Shown: piece by piece, positions 47,152-56,131 of the stretch | Layout of the letters: every line of letters starts with the position of its first letter | How positions within the stretch are numbered: position 1 is the first letter of the stretch | Assembly: GCA_964631725.1 (NCBI GenBank) | Contig: CAZVYX010000018.1 | Coordinates: 28,679-92,678, forward strand | Length of the DNA: 64,000 nt | Reading direction: 5' to 3' | Source of the DNA: an uncultured Rhodospirillaceae bacterium | GTDB taxonomy: Bacteria; Pseudomonadota; Alphaproteobacteria; GCA-2731375 | Notes under the pieces: generated by a model | Database searches by the model: none | The model's input: only the letters and a program-made list of their open reading frames with translations | Told to the model about the DNA's origin: nothing | Program-made: the position numbers and the translations under genes

Positions 47152-47613
47152 ATGACAGCGAAATCCAAAAGCAAGACAGAAACAAAGAAATCCGAGACCA
47201 CGGCGACGAAATCCGACACGACGACGCCGGAGGCCTCAAAGTCAGATACCCCGGCCGCGTCAGCGGACGCGGGTGGCGAGGGCAAGAGCGGGGCCAAGAA
47301 AGCCGCCGCATCGAGCCGTCCGATCAGCTATTTTTCCTCCGTCTCGACAGACGATTACCGTTCCGGCTGGGACGGCGTATTCGGCGGCGGCGAAAAGAAA
47401 CCGGTGCGCAAGCGGGCCAAGCCGGCGGCGAAGCGGAAAAAGCTCTTGCCGGCCACCATCGTCCTGGATGCCGATGATCTGGATCAGGACACCCGGGAAC
47501 AGATCGACAGCCTGCTGCGCCGCCATGCCAAGAAGAAGCGCCTGAACTACGACAAACTGTCGGAAAAGGGACAAGTTAGCTGGCATCTGACGTGCAACAT
47601 CTCCGATATCTGA
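47152..47613 (+). CDS. Hypothetical Lys/Ser/Thr-rich protein
   Basis: 153-aa ORF co-oriented with neighbours; low-complexity N-terminus. Confidence 0.6.
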   Translation: MTAKSKSKTETKKSETTATKSDTTTPEASKSDTPAASADAGGEGKSGAKKAAASSRPISYFSSVSTDDYRSGWDGVFGGGEKKPVRKRAKPAAKRKKLLPATIVLDADDLDQDTREQIDSLLRRHAKKKRLNYDKLSEKGQVSWHLTCNISDI

Positions 47614-47626
47614 ACCGAACGCCCCG

Positions 47627-48298
47627 ATGACCATCCCGCCCGAGCCGCCGGCGATTGATGGCGTCGTCTTTGATCTGGACGGTGTTCTGGTCGACAGCGA
47701 ACGGCTTTACCTGTCAGCCTGGTACGTGGTCGCCAAAGAGCTCGGCTGTCCGGAGATCGTATCGATCTACCCGCAACTGATCGGCCTGCCCTATGAGAAA
47801 GTTGAAGCTCTGATCCGGGACAATCTACCGCCCGAGATCCCCTTGCAGACATTTCTCAGCGCCGGCCAGGTGGCATTGGAGCCAATTCTGGCCGACGGCT
47901 ATCCCCTGAAAGCCGGCGCCATGGAAATCCTGGAATTCCTGGAGGCACGGGGCATGCCCTGCGCGCTGGCCACCTCGTCCACCACGTCGGTGCCGGAGAA
48001 ATTGCAGCGCAACGCCATCGATGGCTATTTCCAGGCCGTCGTGACACGGGACGATGTGGCGCATGGCAAACCTCATCCCGATATCTATCTCGCGGCGGCG
48101 GAGCGTCTGCAGGTGGCGCCCGACCGCTGCCTGGCGGTGGAGGATTCCAAGCCTGGACTGTTGTCCGCCCAGGCGGCGGGATTCCGCGTTGTTCACGTCC
48201 CCGATATCGCCGTCATCGAGGCGGCGGTGACGGACAACTGCACGGCCGTCTTCCCCAATCTCCTGGCACTGCGTGATTGGCTGACGCAAAAGGTATAA
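47627..48298 (+). CDS. HAD-superfamily phosphatase
   Basis: FDLDGVLVDSE, ATSS, GKPHPD, VEDS. Confidence 0.93.
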   Translation: MTIPPEPPAIDGVVFDLDGVLVDSERLYLSAWYVVAKELGCPEIVSIYPQLIGLPYEKVEALIRDNLPPEIPLQTFLSAGQVALEPILADGYPLKAGAMEILEFLEARGMPCALATSSTTSVPEKLQRNAIDGYFQAVVTRDDVAHGKPHPDIYLAAAERLQVAPDRCLAVEDSKPGLLSAQAAGFRVVHVPDIAVIEAAVTDNCTAVFPNLLALRDWLTQKV

Positions 48299-48400
48299 CG
48301 GCCCACACGGCGCTCTCTCCGGCTCTTTCGCCAAATTCCCAAATGGGCTATGCAGTGGCGCAATTGCCAAGCCCTCTTCTTTCCTGAAAGCCGACGGTAC

Positions 48401-49726
48401 ATGATCACCCGTTCACGCCTGCGCACGATCGGCGGGATTGCCCTGCCGATCATTGGCGGCATGGTATCACAGAACGTGGTGAACCTGGTCGATACCGCCA
48501 TGGTGGGCACCTTGGGCACCACCGCTCTGGCGGCCGTGGCCGTCGGCACCTATGCGACGTTTCTCGCCACCTCGGTCGTCATTGGGCTGTCATCGGGCGT
48601 ACAAACCATGGTGGCGCGGCGCATTGGCGAGGGCCGGGCCAACGAAGCGGCGGTGCCGCTTAACGGCGGGCTGTTTCTGGGCCTATTGATCTCCCTGCCC
48701 TTGATCGCCGTGGCGGTGACTTTTTCCGCCGATGTCTTCGCTCTCATGAACAATGATCCCGACGTAATCGAACAGGGCGTCGACTATCTCGATGCCCGCC
48801 TGTTCGGCATATTGGCAGTGGGCCTGAATTTCGCCTACCGGGGCTATTTCAACGGCATGCGGCTTACGAAGGTCTACCTCTACACCCTGCTGGTCATGCA
48901 TCTGTGCAACATCGCCCTTAACTATGTCCTGATCTTCGGCCATTTCGGCTTCCCCGCCCTGGGCGCCCTGGGCGCCGGCATCGCCTCCACCGCCGCGGAA
49001 TATCTTGGCGTTCTCATCTTCAGCATCCTGGCCTTCCGCATGGCGCGGCAGCGCGGTTTCCTAAGCCGCATTCCCAGGCGGGAGACCCTGGCCACGATGC
49101 TGCGCCTCGGTGTGCCATCGGCCCTACGGGAGTTCCTCTTCGCCGGCAGCCTGACCGTGCAGATGTGGATTTTCGGCCTCATGGGCACGGCGGAGGTCGC
49201 CGTCTCCGCCGTCGTGATCAATCTGTTCCTGGTCGCCTATCTGCCGGCCCTAGGTCTGGGCCTGGCGACGTTGACACTGGTCAGCGAAGCCGTGGGCCGC
49301 AAGGACCTGGCCGATGCCCGGCGCTGGGGCTGGGAGGCCTCGATCATTACCGTCGTTACGCTTGGCGCCCTGGGCGCGGTGGCGGTGTTCTTCCCCAACC
49401 TGATCATGTCGGGTTTTCTGCACGATCCCGAAACCCTGGCCCTGGCCCATGGCCCGTTCATCGTCATGGGCCTGTTCGTCGGCGCCACGGGTGTCTCGTT
49501 GACCCTGTCCAACGCCCTGCTGGGCGCCGGCGCGGCGCGCCTGGTGATGGTGATCTCCGTCGCACCACGGTGGTTGATCAGCCTGCCCCTGACCTGGTGG
49601 CTGGGTCCCTACCTGGGCCTCAGCCTGACAGCGGTCTGGACCGCCAATTTCTCGGTCGGTCTATTGCAGATGATCTGGCTGGCCATCCATTGGCGCGGCA
49701 AGGGCTGGGAAGGCATCAAGGTTTGA
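48401..49726 (+). CDS. MATE family efflux transporter
   Basis: DTAMVGTLG, NIALNYVLIFG..GALGAGIA; about 12 TM. Confidence 0.93.
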   Translation: MITRSRLRTIGGIALPIIGGMVSQNVVNLVDTAMVGTLGTTALAAVAVGTYATFLATSVVIGLSSGVQTMVARRIGEGRANEAAVPLNGGLFLGLLISLPLIAVAVTFSADVFALMNNDPDVIEQGVDYLDARLFGILAVGLNFAYRGYFNGMRLTKVYLYTLLVMHLCNIALNYVLIFGHFGFPALGALGAGIASTAAEYLGVLIFSILAFRMARQRGFLSRIPRRETLATMLRLGVPSALREFLFAGSLTVQMWIFGLMGTAEVAVSAVVINLFLVAYLPALGLGLATLTLVSEAVGRKDLADARRWGWEASIITVVTLGALGAVAVFFPNLIMSGFLHDPETLALAHGPFIVMGLFVGATGVSLTLSNALLGAGAARLVMVISVAPRWLISLPLTWWLGPYLGLSLTAVWTANFSVGLLQMIWLAIHWRGKGWEGIKV

Positions 49727-49741
49727 AACGGGATTGATTGT

Positions 49742-50557
49742 CTAAAGACACTCCTCCGCGAACGAAATCACCGCCGCGACGAAGGTGTCCGGGCATTCGA
49801 CGGGCAGCATGTGGCCGGCCTCGGGGACGTCGTGGCGGCGGGCGTTGGGCAGGGTGGCATGGAGTTCATCGACGATATCGGCATCATAGAAAATCCGATC
49901 GTTGGGGCCCATCATCACAAGTACCGGGCAGTCCAATTGGCTGTAGTCGATCTCCCAATCGGTCTTGCCCATCCAGGTGATCAGATTGATGGCGCCGCCG
50001 TCGGGGGGCAACGGCTCATATTCCGTGTTCTCTTCCAGAAATTCGTGACGATGCGCCGCCAGGTATTGTGGGCCGAATAACAGCGGCGTCATCACATCCC
50101 GCATCAGGTTGGGGCCCGCCACTTGCATCAATCGCAGGGTCGCCGCATTCATCCAGTCCAGGCGCGGGCCGATCTTGCGCAGGGTGTTAATCAGCACCAG
50201 TGCAGTGGCATTCAGTCCCGCCAGATAGGCCTTGGCCGCGTACAGACCACCGATCGACAGGCCGACCAGGACGGGACGCTCGATCGCCAGTTCCTCGACC
50301 AGGTGCTTCAGGTCGCCGGTAATGATCTGCTCGGTCAAATCCAGGCCTTCGGCATAGGGGCTGTTGGCCTGGCCGCGAAAGTTATAACAAAGCGTGCCGA
50401 AACCCTGCCCGCGCAGGGCCGGGCCGACCTCCGCCTGCCACATGGAGGCATCGCCCGTGATGGCGTTGACAAATACAAACGTCGGGGCGCCGGCGCGGCT
50501 GGGTTGGTCCAGTTCGTAGTACAGCCCTTCCTGGGCATTCAGGGACAGAACGGGCAT
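49742..50557 (-). CDS. Alpha/beta hydrolase (PcaD-like)
   Basis: GLSIGG nucleophile, GPND, AGH. Confidence 0.88.
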   Translation of the reverse strand: MPVLSLNAQEGLYYELDQPSRAGAPTFVFVNAITGDASMWQAEVGPALRGQGFGTLCYNFRGQANSPYAEGLDLTEQIITGDLKHLVEELAIERPVLVGLSIGGLYAAKAYLAGLNATALVLINTLRKIGPRLDWMNAATLRLMQVAGPNLMRDVMTPLLFGPQYLAAHRHEFLEENTEYEPLPPDGGAINLITWMGKTDWEIDYSQLDCPVLVMMGPNDRIFYDADIVDELHATLPNARRHDVPEAGHMLPVECPDTFVAAVISFAEECL

Positions 50558-50693
50558 GTGACTATTTCCTCACGATACTATTGCGGCGGCCTGAAACCCT
50601 GAAAATTCGGCTAACGACGGGCAAAGGTTTCACTGAAGCCGTGGTCCGGCTACATTGCCGGTCGAAAAAAACCTTGTCCAGGGATTCCCGGTA

Positions 50694-51275
50694 ATGAAGT
50701 CAGTTTGTTTGATCATGTTCGCGGCGCTGTTTCTTGTGCTCTCTCCAAGCGGGATGGCCGAAGCGGAAAGTAAACATTCGCAGCACGCCGGAAAAGGCGC
50801 CTGCGCCCTCGGCATCACGTTGAGCGAGGCGGCGGAACGCAAGGCCGGCGGCGCGTTGTTTGAAAAGCCTCCCACGGCCCACCATGGACATAAGAATGGC
50901 GCGATGGAGCAGATGAAGGGCGCCCATATGCGGCATCAGCCCCAGCACGGCGGCGCCTTCTACATGGCAGGTAACATGATGCATCATCTGGAGATCATCT
51001 ATTCCGAGGCCTGCGGTTTCGCGGTGGTCTTCTATAACGCCCATACCGAAGCCATCCGTGCCGACCGCTTCCGCGCCTTCCTAATGGCGGTGCCGGATGA
51101 CGAAAGCGAGGCCGAGGTGGTGCGCATCTTGACCCCGGCCGACGACGCCGCCTCGCTGCGGGCGCCGCTGGGCCAGGCGATCAGCAAGCCGTTCCGGATA
51201 CGGCTGCACGTCAAATTCCCCGGCCAGGTGGAGCCGCAGCTTTTCACCAGGATGATCGGCGCCGGGGGCAATTGA
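50694..51275 (+). CDS. Secreted His/Met-rich hypothetical protein
   Basis: Signal peptide; AHHGH...AHMRHQPQHGG..MMHHLE. Confidence 0.65.
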   Translation: MKSVCLIMFAALFLVLSPSGMAEAESKHSQHAGKGACALGITLSEAAERKAGGALFEKPPTAHHGHKNGAMEQMKGAHMRHQPQHGGAFYMAGNMMHHLEIIYSEACGFAVVFYNAHTEAIRADRFRAFLMAVPDDESEAEVVRILTPADDAASLRAPLGQAISKPFRIRLHVKFPGQVEPQLFTRMIGAGGN

Positions 51276-51286
51276 CGCGAGGCCGC

Positions 51287-51943
51287 CTACGTCGAGGCCG
51301 CCTTGTCGCCGAATACCTCATCCCAGGTCCGGGCCAATTGCAGGTCGACCTCGGCCATATCAATGGGCAGACCCAGATCGACCAGAGAAGTCACGCCATG
51401 CTCGTCAATGCCGCAGGGCACGATGCCGGCGTAGTGGGATAGTTCCGGTTCCACATTCAGGGAAATGCCGTGATAGGTCACCCACCGGCGCACGCGCACG
51501 CCGATGGCGCCGATCTTGTCTTCGCGGCGATGGCCATCCGCGCCCTGGCCCCGGTCGATCCAGATGCCGACCCGGCCGTCGCGCCGCTCGCCCCGCAGGT
51601 TGAAGCGCGCCAGGGTGGTGATCAGCCAGGTCTCCAGGCGGGCAACATAGGTGCGCACATCCATCCCCCGGCGCTGCAGATCCAACATAACATAGGCAAT
51701 CCGCTGGCCGGGTCCATGATAGGTATATTGCCCGCCCCGCCCGGTCTGAAAGACCGGCAGGCGGTCCGGATCCAACAGATCCGCCGCCTTGGCCGACGTA
51801 CCGGCGGTGTACAGGGGCGGATGCTGCAACAGCCAAACAAGCTCCTCCGCATCGCCGGCGCGAATGGCGGCAACCCTCTCTTCCATTACGCGCACGGCCT
51901 GTTCGTACTCCGTCAGGCCGTCGCTAATTCGCCATTCCATCAC
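51287..51943 (-). CDS. lipB: Octanoyltransferase
   Basis: [31 protein letters not shown]. Confidence 0.97.
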   Translation of the reverse strand: MMEWRISDGLTEYEQAVRVMEERVAAIRAGDAEELVWLLQHPPLYTAGTSAKAADLLDPDRLPVFQTGRGGQYTYHGPGQRIAYVMLDLQRRGMDVRTYVARLETWLITTLARFNLRGERRDGRVGIWIDRGQGADGHRREDKIGAIGVRVRRWVTYHGISLNVEPELSHYAGIVPCGIDEHGVTSLVDLGLPIDMAEVDLQLARTWDEVFGDKAAST

Positions 51944-51992
51944 GGATCTTTCCCGTTTTCATCCGACTTTCGTTAGGATTTCAGGCGCCATC

Positions 51993-52008
51993 TTAACACT
52001 ATGATAAC
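51993..52008. promoter_or_regulatory. CtrA-like site upstream of the fliN-like gene
   Basis: TTAA-cactatg-ATAAC (one mismatch). Confidence 0.5.
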
Positions 52009-52059
52009 CATGATCTGGCAAAGCTATGGAATAACAGGCTTACCGGATTCTAATCGCCC

Positions 52060-52302
52060 ATGAATGACCATCGCTTATCTGACGTCAACCTGGAGATTAC
52101 CGTGGTTATCGGCAGCACCGAAATGCCGATCCACCAATTGCTCCGCATGGGCCGTGGCGCGGTGATTGAACTGGACGCCACGACCGAGGATTACGTCTGG
52201 ATATTGGCCAATAACCGGCTGATCGCCCGGGGCGAGATCATGGTCAACGGCGAAAATGTCGCCGTTCAGGTCACCGAAACCATCGATTTGGAAGGCGAAT
52301 AG
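52060..52302 (+). CDS. FliM/FliN (SpoA) family flagellar switch domain protein
   Basis: MPIHQLLRMGRGAVIEL, ANNRLIARGEI; divergent from lipB. Confidence 0.88.
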   Translation: MNDHRLSDVNLEITVVIGSTEMPIHQLLRMGRGAVIELDATTEDYVWILANNRLIARGEIMVNGENVAVQVTETIDLEGE

Positions 52303-52344
52303 TCCGGTCGTAGCCGATTGATCCCAATCGAAAGGGGCTCCACG

Positions 52345-52373
52345 CTTGCGGGGGAGCCCGGTATTTGCTATTC
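52345..52373 (+). promoter_or_regulatory. Putative sigma70 promoter of tRNA-Leu
   Basis: CTTGCG-N17-CTATTC, ending 22 nt before the tRNA. Confidence 0.5.
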
Positions 52374-52395
52374 CCCCGAAGCTGATTGATGGTGC

Positions 52396-52482
52396 GCGGT
52401 CGTGGCGGAATTGGTAGACGCGCAGCGTTGAGGTCGCTGTGGGGGAAACCCCGTGGAAGTTCGAGTCTTCTCGACCGCACCA
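52396..52482 (+). tRNA. tRNA-Leu(GAG)
   Basis: Acceptor GCGGTCG/CGACCGC, D-loop GGAATTGGTAGA, anticodon arm CAGCG-TTGAGGT-CGCTG, long variable arm, GTTCGAG, encoded CCA. Confidence 0.97.
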
Positions 52483-52501
52483 AATCAATTCGGCATAAAT
52501 C

Positions 52502-52539
52502 AACCCCTTGAAAACGAATGTGTTTTCGAGGGGTTTTTT
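52502..52539 (+). terminator. Probable intrinsic terminator after tRNA-Leu
   Basis: AACCCCT-T-GAAAAC / GTTTTC-G-AGGGGTT stem followed by a T run. Confidence 0.7.
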
Positions 52540-52566
52540 GTTGCCGTTGTTGCTATACCAGGAACC

Positions 52567-53976
52567 ATGACCGAACGGGGCCCGCATCAGGAACAGACCG
52601 AAATAGAGGCGCCGGCCTCGTTCGAGGATGTCTATGCGGTCAGTACGGAACTGGTCCGTGCCGTTGAAACGGCCCTGGCGGAAGAAGATGCCGGCGGCGC
52701 GGTGCGCGATCTGCTCGGCCCCCTGCGGCCCGCCGATATCGCCGATTTGTTCGTCGTGCTGGGCCGGGACGACCGCCACCGCCTGGCCGTGGTGCTGGGC
52801 GACGATCTGGATCTCGACACCCTGATCGACCTCGAAGGTTCGGTGCTGGCGGATCTCTTGGCGGTGATGAGCCCCCATGCCGTGGCCCGCGCCATACCGG
52901 AGCTGGATACCGACGAAGCCGTCCATCTTTTGGTGGAGATGGACGATGCGCGGCGGGAACAGGTGCTGGCCCAGGTACCGGCGCCGGACCGCGCCGCCGT
53001 GCTGGAAGGTCTGTCGTTCCCCGAAGACAGCGCCGGGCGCCTGATGCAGCGCGACCTGATCGCCGTGCCGGCCTATTGGAGCGTCGGCCAGGTTATCGAT
53101 TATTGCCGCGATACGGTAGAACTGCCCGACGAGTTCTACGAAATCTTCGTCATCGACCCCCGGCACCGGCCCATTGGCCAAGTCGCCCTGAACCGCCTGA
53201 TGCGCACCAGGCGGCCCGTTTTGATGCGGGAGATCATGGCCGAGGAAGCGACGACCATTCCCGTCGACATGGACCAGGAGGAGGTCGCCTTCCTATTCCA
53301 GCAATACCGCCTCGCCTCCGCCCCCGTGGTCGATGCCGCCGGACGTCTGGTCGGCGTTATCACCTTTGACGATGCCGCCGCCGTGCTGGAGGAGGAGGCG
53401 GAAGAAGATCTGATGCGTCTGTCCGGCGTTTCATCCGAGACCGATTTGCTCGATACCGCCATGCGGACCACGCGCAGCCGGGCCAGCTGGCTGTTGCTCA
53501 ACCTGGGCACCGCGATCCTGGCGTCGCTGGTCATCGCGCTGTTCGATGCCACCATCGAACAGATTGTCGCGCTGGCGATCCTGATGCCCATAGTGGCCTC
53601 CATGGGCGGCAATGCCGGCACCCAAACCCTGACCGTGGCCGTGCGCGCCCTGGCAACGCGGGAGCTGACCGCCGCCAACGCCATGCGGATCGTGGGCAAG
53701 GAACTTGTGGTCGGCACCTTGAACGGCGTGCTGTTCGCCATTCTGGTCGGCGCCGTCGCCGCCCTGTGGTTTTCCGTACCGGCCCTGGGCGCAGTCATCG
53801 CCATTGCCATGGTGATCAACATGATCGTGGCCGGCCTGGCCGGCACCTTGATCCCGCTTGGTCTGGCCCGCGCCGGCATCGACCCGGCAATCGCCGCCAC
53901 GGTGTTTCTGACGACGATCACCGATGTGGTTGGTTTTTTCGTCTTCCTGGGCCTGGCGGCGTTGTTCCTGCTCTGA
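52567..53976 (+). CDS. mgtE: Magnesium transporter MgtE
   Basis: SAGRLM, CBS pair, MGGNAGTQ, DPAIA, TTITDVVG. Confidence 0.96.
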   Translation: MTERGPHQEQTEIEAPASFEDVYAVSTELVRAVETALAEEDAGGAVRDLLGPLRPADIADLFVVLGRDDRHRLAVVLGDDLDLDTLIDLEGSVLADLLAVMSPHAVARAIPELDTDEAVHLLVEMDDARREQVLAQVPAPDRAAVLEGLSFPEDSAGRLMQRDLIAVPAYWSVGQVIDYCRDTVELPDEFYEIFVIDPRHRPIGQVALNRLMRTRRPVLMREIMAEEATTIPVDMDQEEVAFLFQQYRLASAPVVDAAGRLVGVITFDDAAAVLEEEAEEDLMRLSGVSSETDLLDTAMRTTRSRASWLLLNLGTAILASLVIALFDATIEQIVALAILMPIVASMGGNAGTQTLTVAVRALATRELTAANAMRIVGKELVVGTLNGVLFAILVGAVAALWFSVPALGAVIAIAMVINMIVAGLAGTLIPLGLARAGIDPAIAATVFLTTITDVVGFFVFLGLAALFLL

Positions 53977-53977
53977 A

Positions 53978-54403
53978 ATGGCACAGGGGAACGAAATATC
54001 GGCCGAACAGGTCATCGCAGCCCTGGCCCTGCGGCCTCATCCCGAGGGCGGGCACTATGCCGAGACCTATCGGCACGCGCCCGCGAATGGCGGACGTGGC
54101 GCCATGACCGCGATCTATTATCTGCTGCGGGAAGGCGAAGTCTCCGCCTGGCACCGGGTCAACGATGCCGACGAAATCTGGCATTACTACGCCGGTGCGC
54201 CGCTGGCGTTGATGTGCGGCAAGGAACGTCTGGTTCTCGGCTCCGATCTGGCATCGGGCGAAAGGCCCCAGGCCGTCATTCCCCAGGGCATATGGCAATC
54301 CGCCCGCAGCCTCGGCGCCTGGACCCTGGTCGGCTGCACCGTCGGCCCGGCGTTCGAATTTGCCGGTTTCGAAATGGCACCCGATGGCTGGCGCCCGGAT
54401 TAG
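53978..54403 (+). CDS. Cupin_5 (DUF985) protein
   Basis: LRPHPEGGHY, SAWHRV..EIWHYYAG, CTVGPAFEF. Confidence 0.92.
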   Translation: MAQGNEISAEQVIAALALRPHPEGGHYAETYRHAPANGGRGAMTAIYYLLREGEVSAWHRVNDADEIWHYYAGAPLALMCGKERLVLGSDLASGERPQAVIPQGIWQSARSLGAWTLVGCTVGPAFEFAGFEMAPDGWRPD

Positions 54404-55299
54404 CGGGAAATACCTGGGCGGAGCAGATCGATGGACGCCAGGACCGCGCCGCCGGTGATCAACAGGCAGGCCAGCGCAACCGTCCAGGTGGCGGCGGCAA
54501 AGCCAAACAGGATCAGCACCAGGGTGGAGAGCAAGGGGGCGGCATAGGATGACGCGCCAAGGGCCTGAATGTGGCCGTGCTTGACCCCGTGATCCCAACA
54601 AAAGAACGCCAACCCCACCGGACCAAGCCCCAGACCGGCTACCGCCAGCCATTGCGTGCCATCCGCCGGCCAGACGGTGGTTTCGAACATCAGATGGGCC
54701 AGAAACGCCAACAGCGCCGTGACGCCGCAAAAACCACCGACCGTATCGGTCGGCACATGGCCAAGACGGCGGGAAAGAATTGAATAACCCGACCACAGGA
54801 AAGCGCAGGCCAGGGCCGCGATATGTCCCGGCGCAAGTTGGATACCAGCGCTGAAATCCTGATCGCCGACGATCAACAGGGCCGCGCCCGCCAGTCCCGT
54901 CAGCGCGCCCACCAGATGCCACCAACGCAAACGTTCACCCGGCAAAAGGGCGGAAAACAAGACGATCAACAGCGGCCAAAGGTAGGCGATTAAGCTGGCT
55001 TCCACCGCCGGCGCGTTGCGCAAGGCGACAAAATAGAAGAAATGGTAGCCAAACAGTCCGCCCACGCCCACGGCCCAGACGGTGGGCCGGTGGCGCAGGT
55101 GCCCGATGATATTCTCACCGCGCAGCAACCATTTCACCAGGGCCAAAAAGAACGCCAGACCAAAGGTCATGGCCGCCAATTGCAATGGCGGCACCCGGCC
55201 CGTGGCGGCGGTGAACAGGGCCAGCAAGGCCCACATCAAAACCGCGACGAAGCCGATTGAAGTTGCCCGGCGGCGGCGGGCCAGTGCATCGGCCGACAT
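54400..55299 (-). CDS. EamA/DMT transporter (YddG-like)
   Basis: GLFGYHFFYF, IAYLWPL, WDHGVKHG; about 10 TM; ATG overlaps phbB stop. Confidence 0.9.
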   Translation of the reverse strand: MSADALARRRRATSIGFVAVLMWALLALFTAATGRVPPLQLAAMTFGLAFFLALVKWLLRGENIIGHLRHRPTVWAVGVGGLFGYHFFYFVALRNAPAVEASLIAYLWPLLIVLFSALLPGERLRWWHLVGALTGLAGAALLIVGDQDFSAGIQLAPGHIAALACAFLWSGYSILSRRLGHVPTDTVGGFCGVTALLAFLAHLMFETTVWPADGTQWLAVAGLGLGPVGLAFFCWDHGVKHGHIQALGASSYAAPLLSTLVLILFGFAAATWTVALACLLITGGAVLASIDLLRPGISR

Positions 55300-56021
55300 C
55301 AATACATATGCTGCCCGCCGTTGATGGACATGGTCGAGCCGGTGACGAAGGTCGCGCTGTCGGCGATTAGGAACATCACCGCCCGGGCGATCTCGTCGGC
55401 GTGGCCCAAACGGCCCACCGGAATTTTCGCGACGATTTTCTCCAGCACATTGTCGGGCACCGCCGCCACCATATCGGTATCCACATAGCCCGGTGCGATG
55501 GCGTTGACCGTGATGTTGTAACGCGCGCCTTCCTGGGCCAGGGCCTTGGTGAAGCCGTGGATGCCCGACTTCGCGGCGGCATAGTTGACCTGGCCGTATT
55601 GCCCGGCCTGGCCATTGATCGAGCCGATATTGACGATGCGGCCAAAGCGGTTGTCGCGCATGGCCGGGAACACCCCCTTGCACATGTTGAAACAACCGCC
55701 AAGGTTGGTGCGGACGACCATGGTCCAGTCTTCGTGGCTCATATTCATCAAGGTGCCGTCCCGGGTGATGCCGGCATTGTTGACCAACACCTCGACATCG
55801 CCCAGATCAGCCGCCACGGCCGCGACACCATCCTGGCAGGCCTGGTAGTCCGCGACGCTGAATTTGTAGGCTGGGATGCCGGTCTCTTCCGTGAAACGCG
55901 CGGCCGCTTCATCATTGCCGGCATAGTTGGCGGCAACCGAATAGCCCGCCTCCTTCAAGGCCTCGCAGATGCCCCGGCCAATGCCCCGGGTTCCACCGGT
56001 AATCAATGCTACTCTGCCCAT
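55299..56021 (-). CDS. phbB: Acetoacetyl-CoA reductase
   Basis: TGGTRGIG, NNAGITRD, SINGQAGQYGQVNYAAAK, SINGGQHMY. Confidence 0.95.
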   Translation of the reverse strand: MGRVALITGGTRGIGRGICEALKEAGYSVAANYAGNDEAAARFTEETGIPAYKFSVADYQACQDGVAAVAADLGDVEVLVNNAGITRDGTLMNMSHEDWTMVVRTNLGGCFNMCKGVFPAMRDNRFGRIVNIGSINGQAGQYGQVNYAAAKSGIHGFTKALAQEGARYNITVNAIAPGYVDTDMVAAVPDNVLEKIVAKIPVGRLGHADEIARAVMFLIADSATFVTGSTMSINGGQHMY

Positions 56022-56131
56022 CAATTCACCCTCCACCTGTTTCTGTTCGGGATATCCTTGTTGTGGATACTTCCCTTCTTCATCTTGTCACGTCATGGCC
56101 CTGCGGTAACAGATTTTTCGTGCCAGCGTTA

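Noticed and set aside
52060-52302. fliN-like gene as sign of a flagellar or T3SS cluster
   Set aside because: An isolated copy divergent from lipB is a common alphaproteobacterial arrangement; no other apparatus genes are here.
52396-52566. tRNA-Leu as a possible island integration site
   Set aside because: No integrase and no duplicated tRNA 3' end seen; flanked by fliN-like and mgtE genes.
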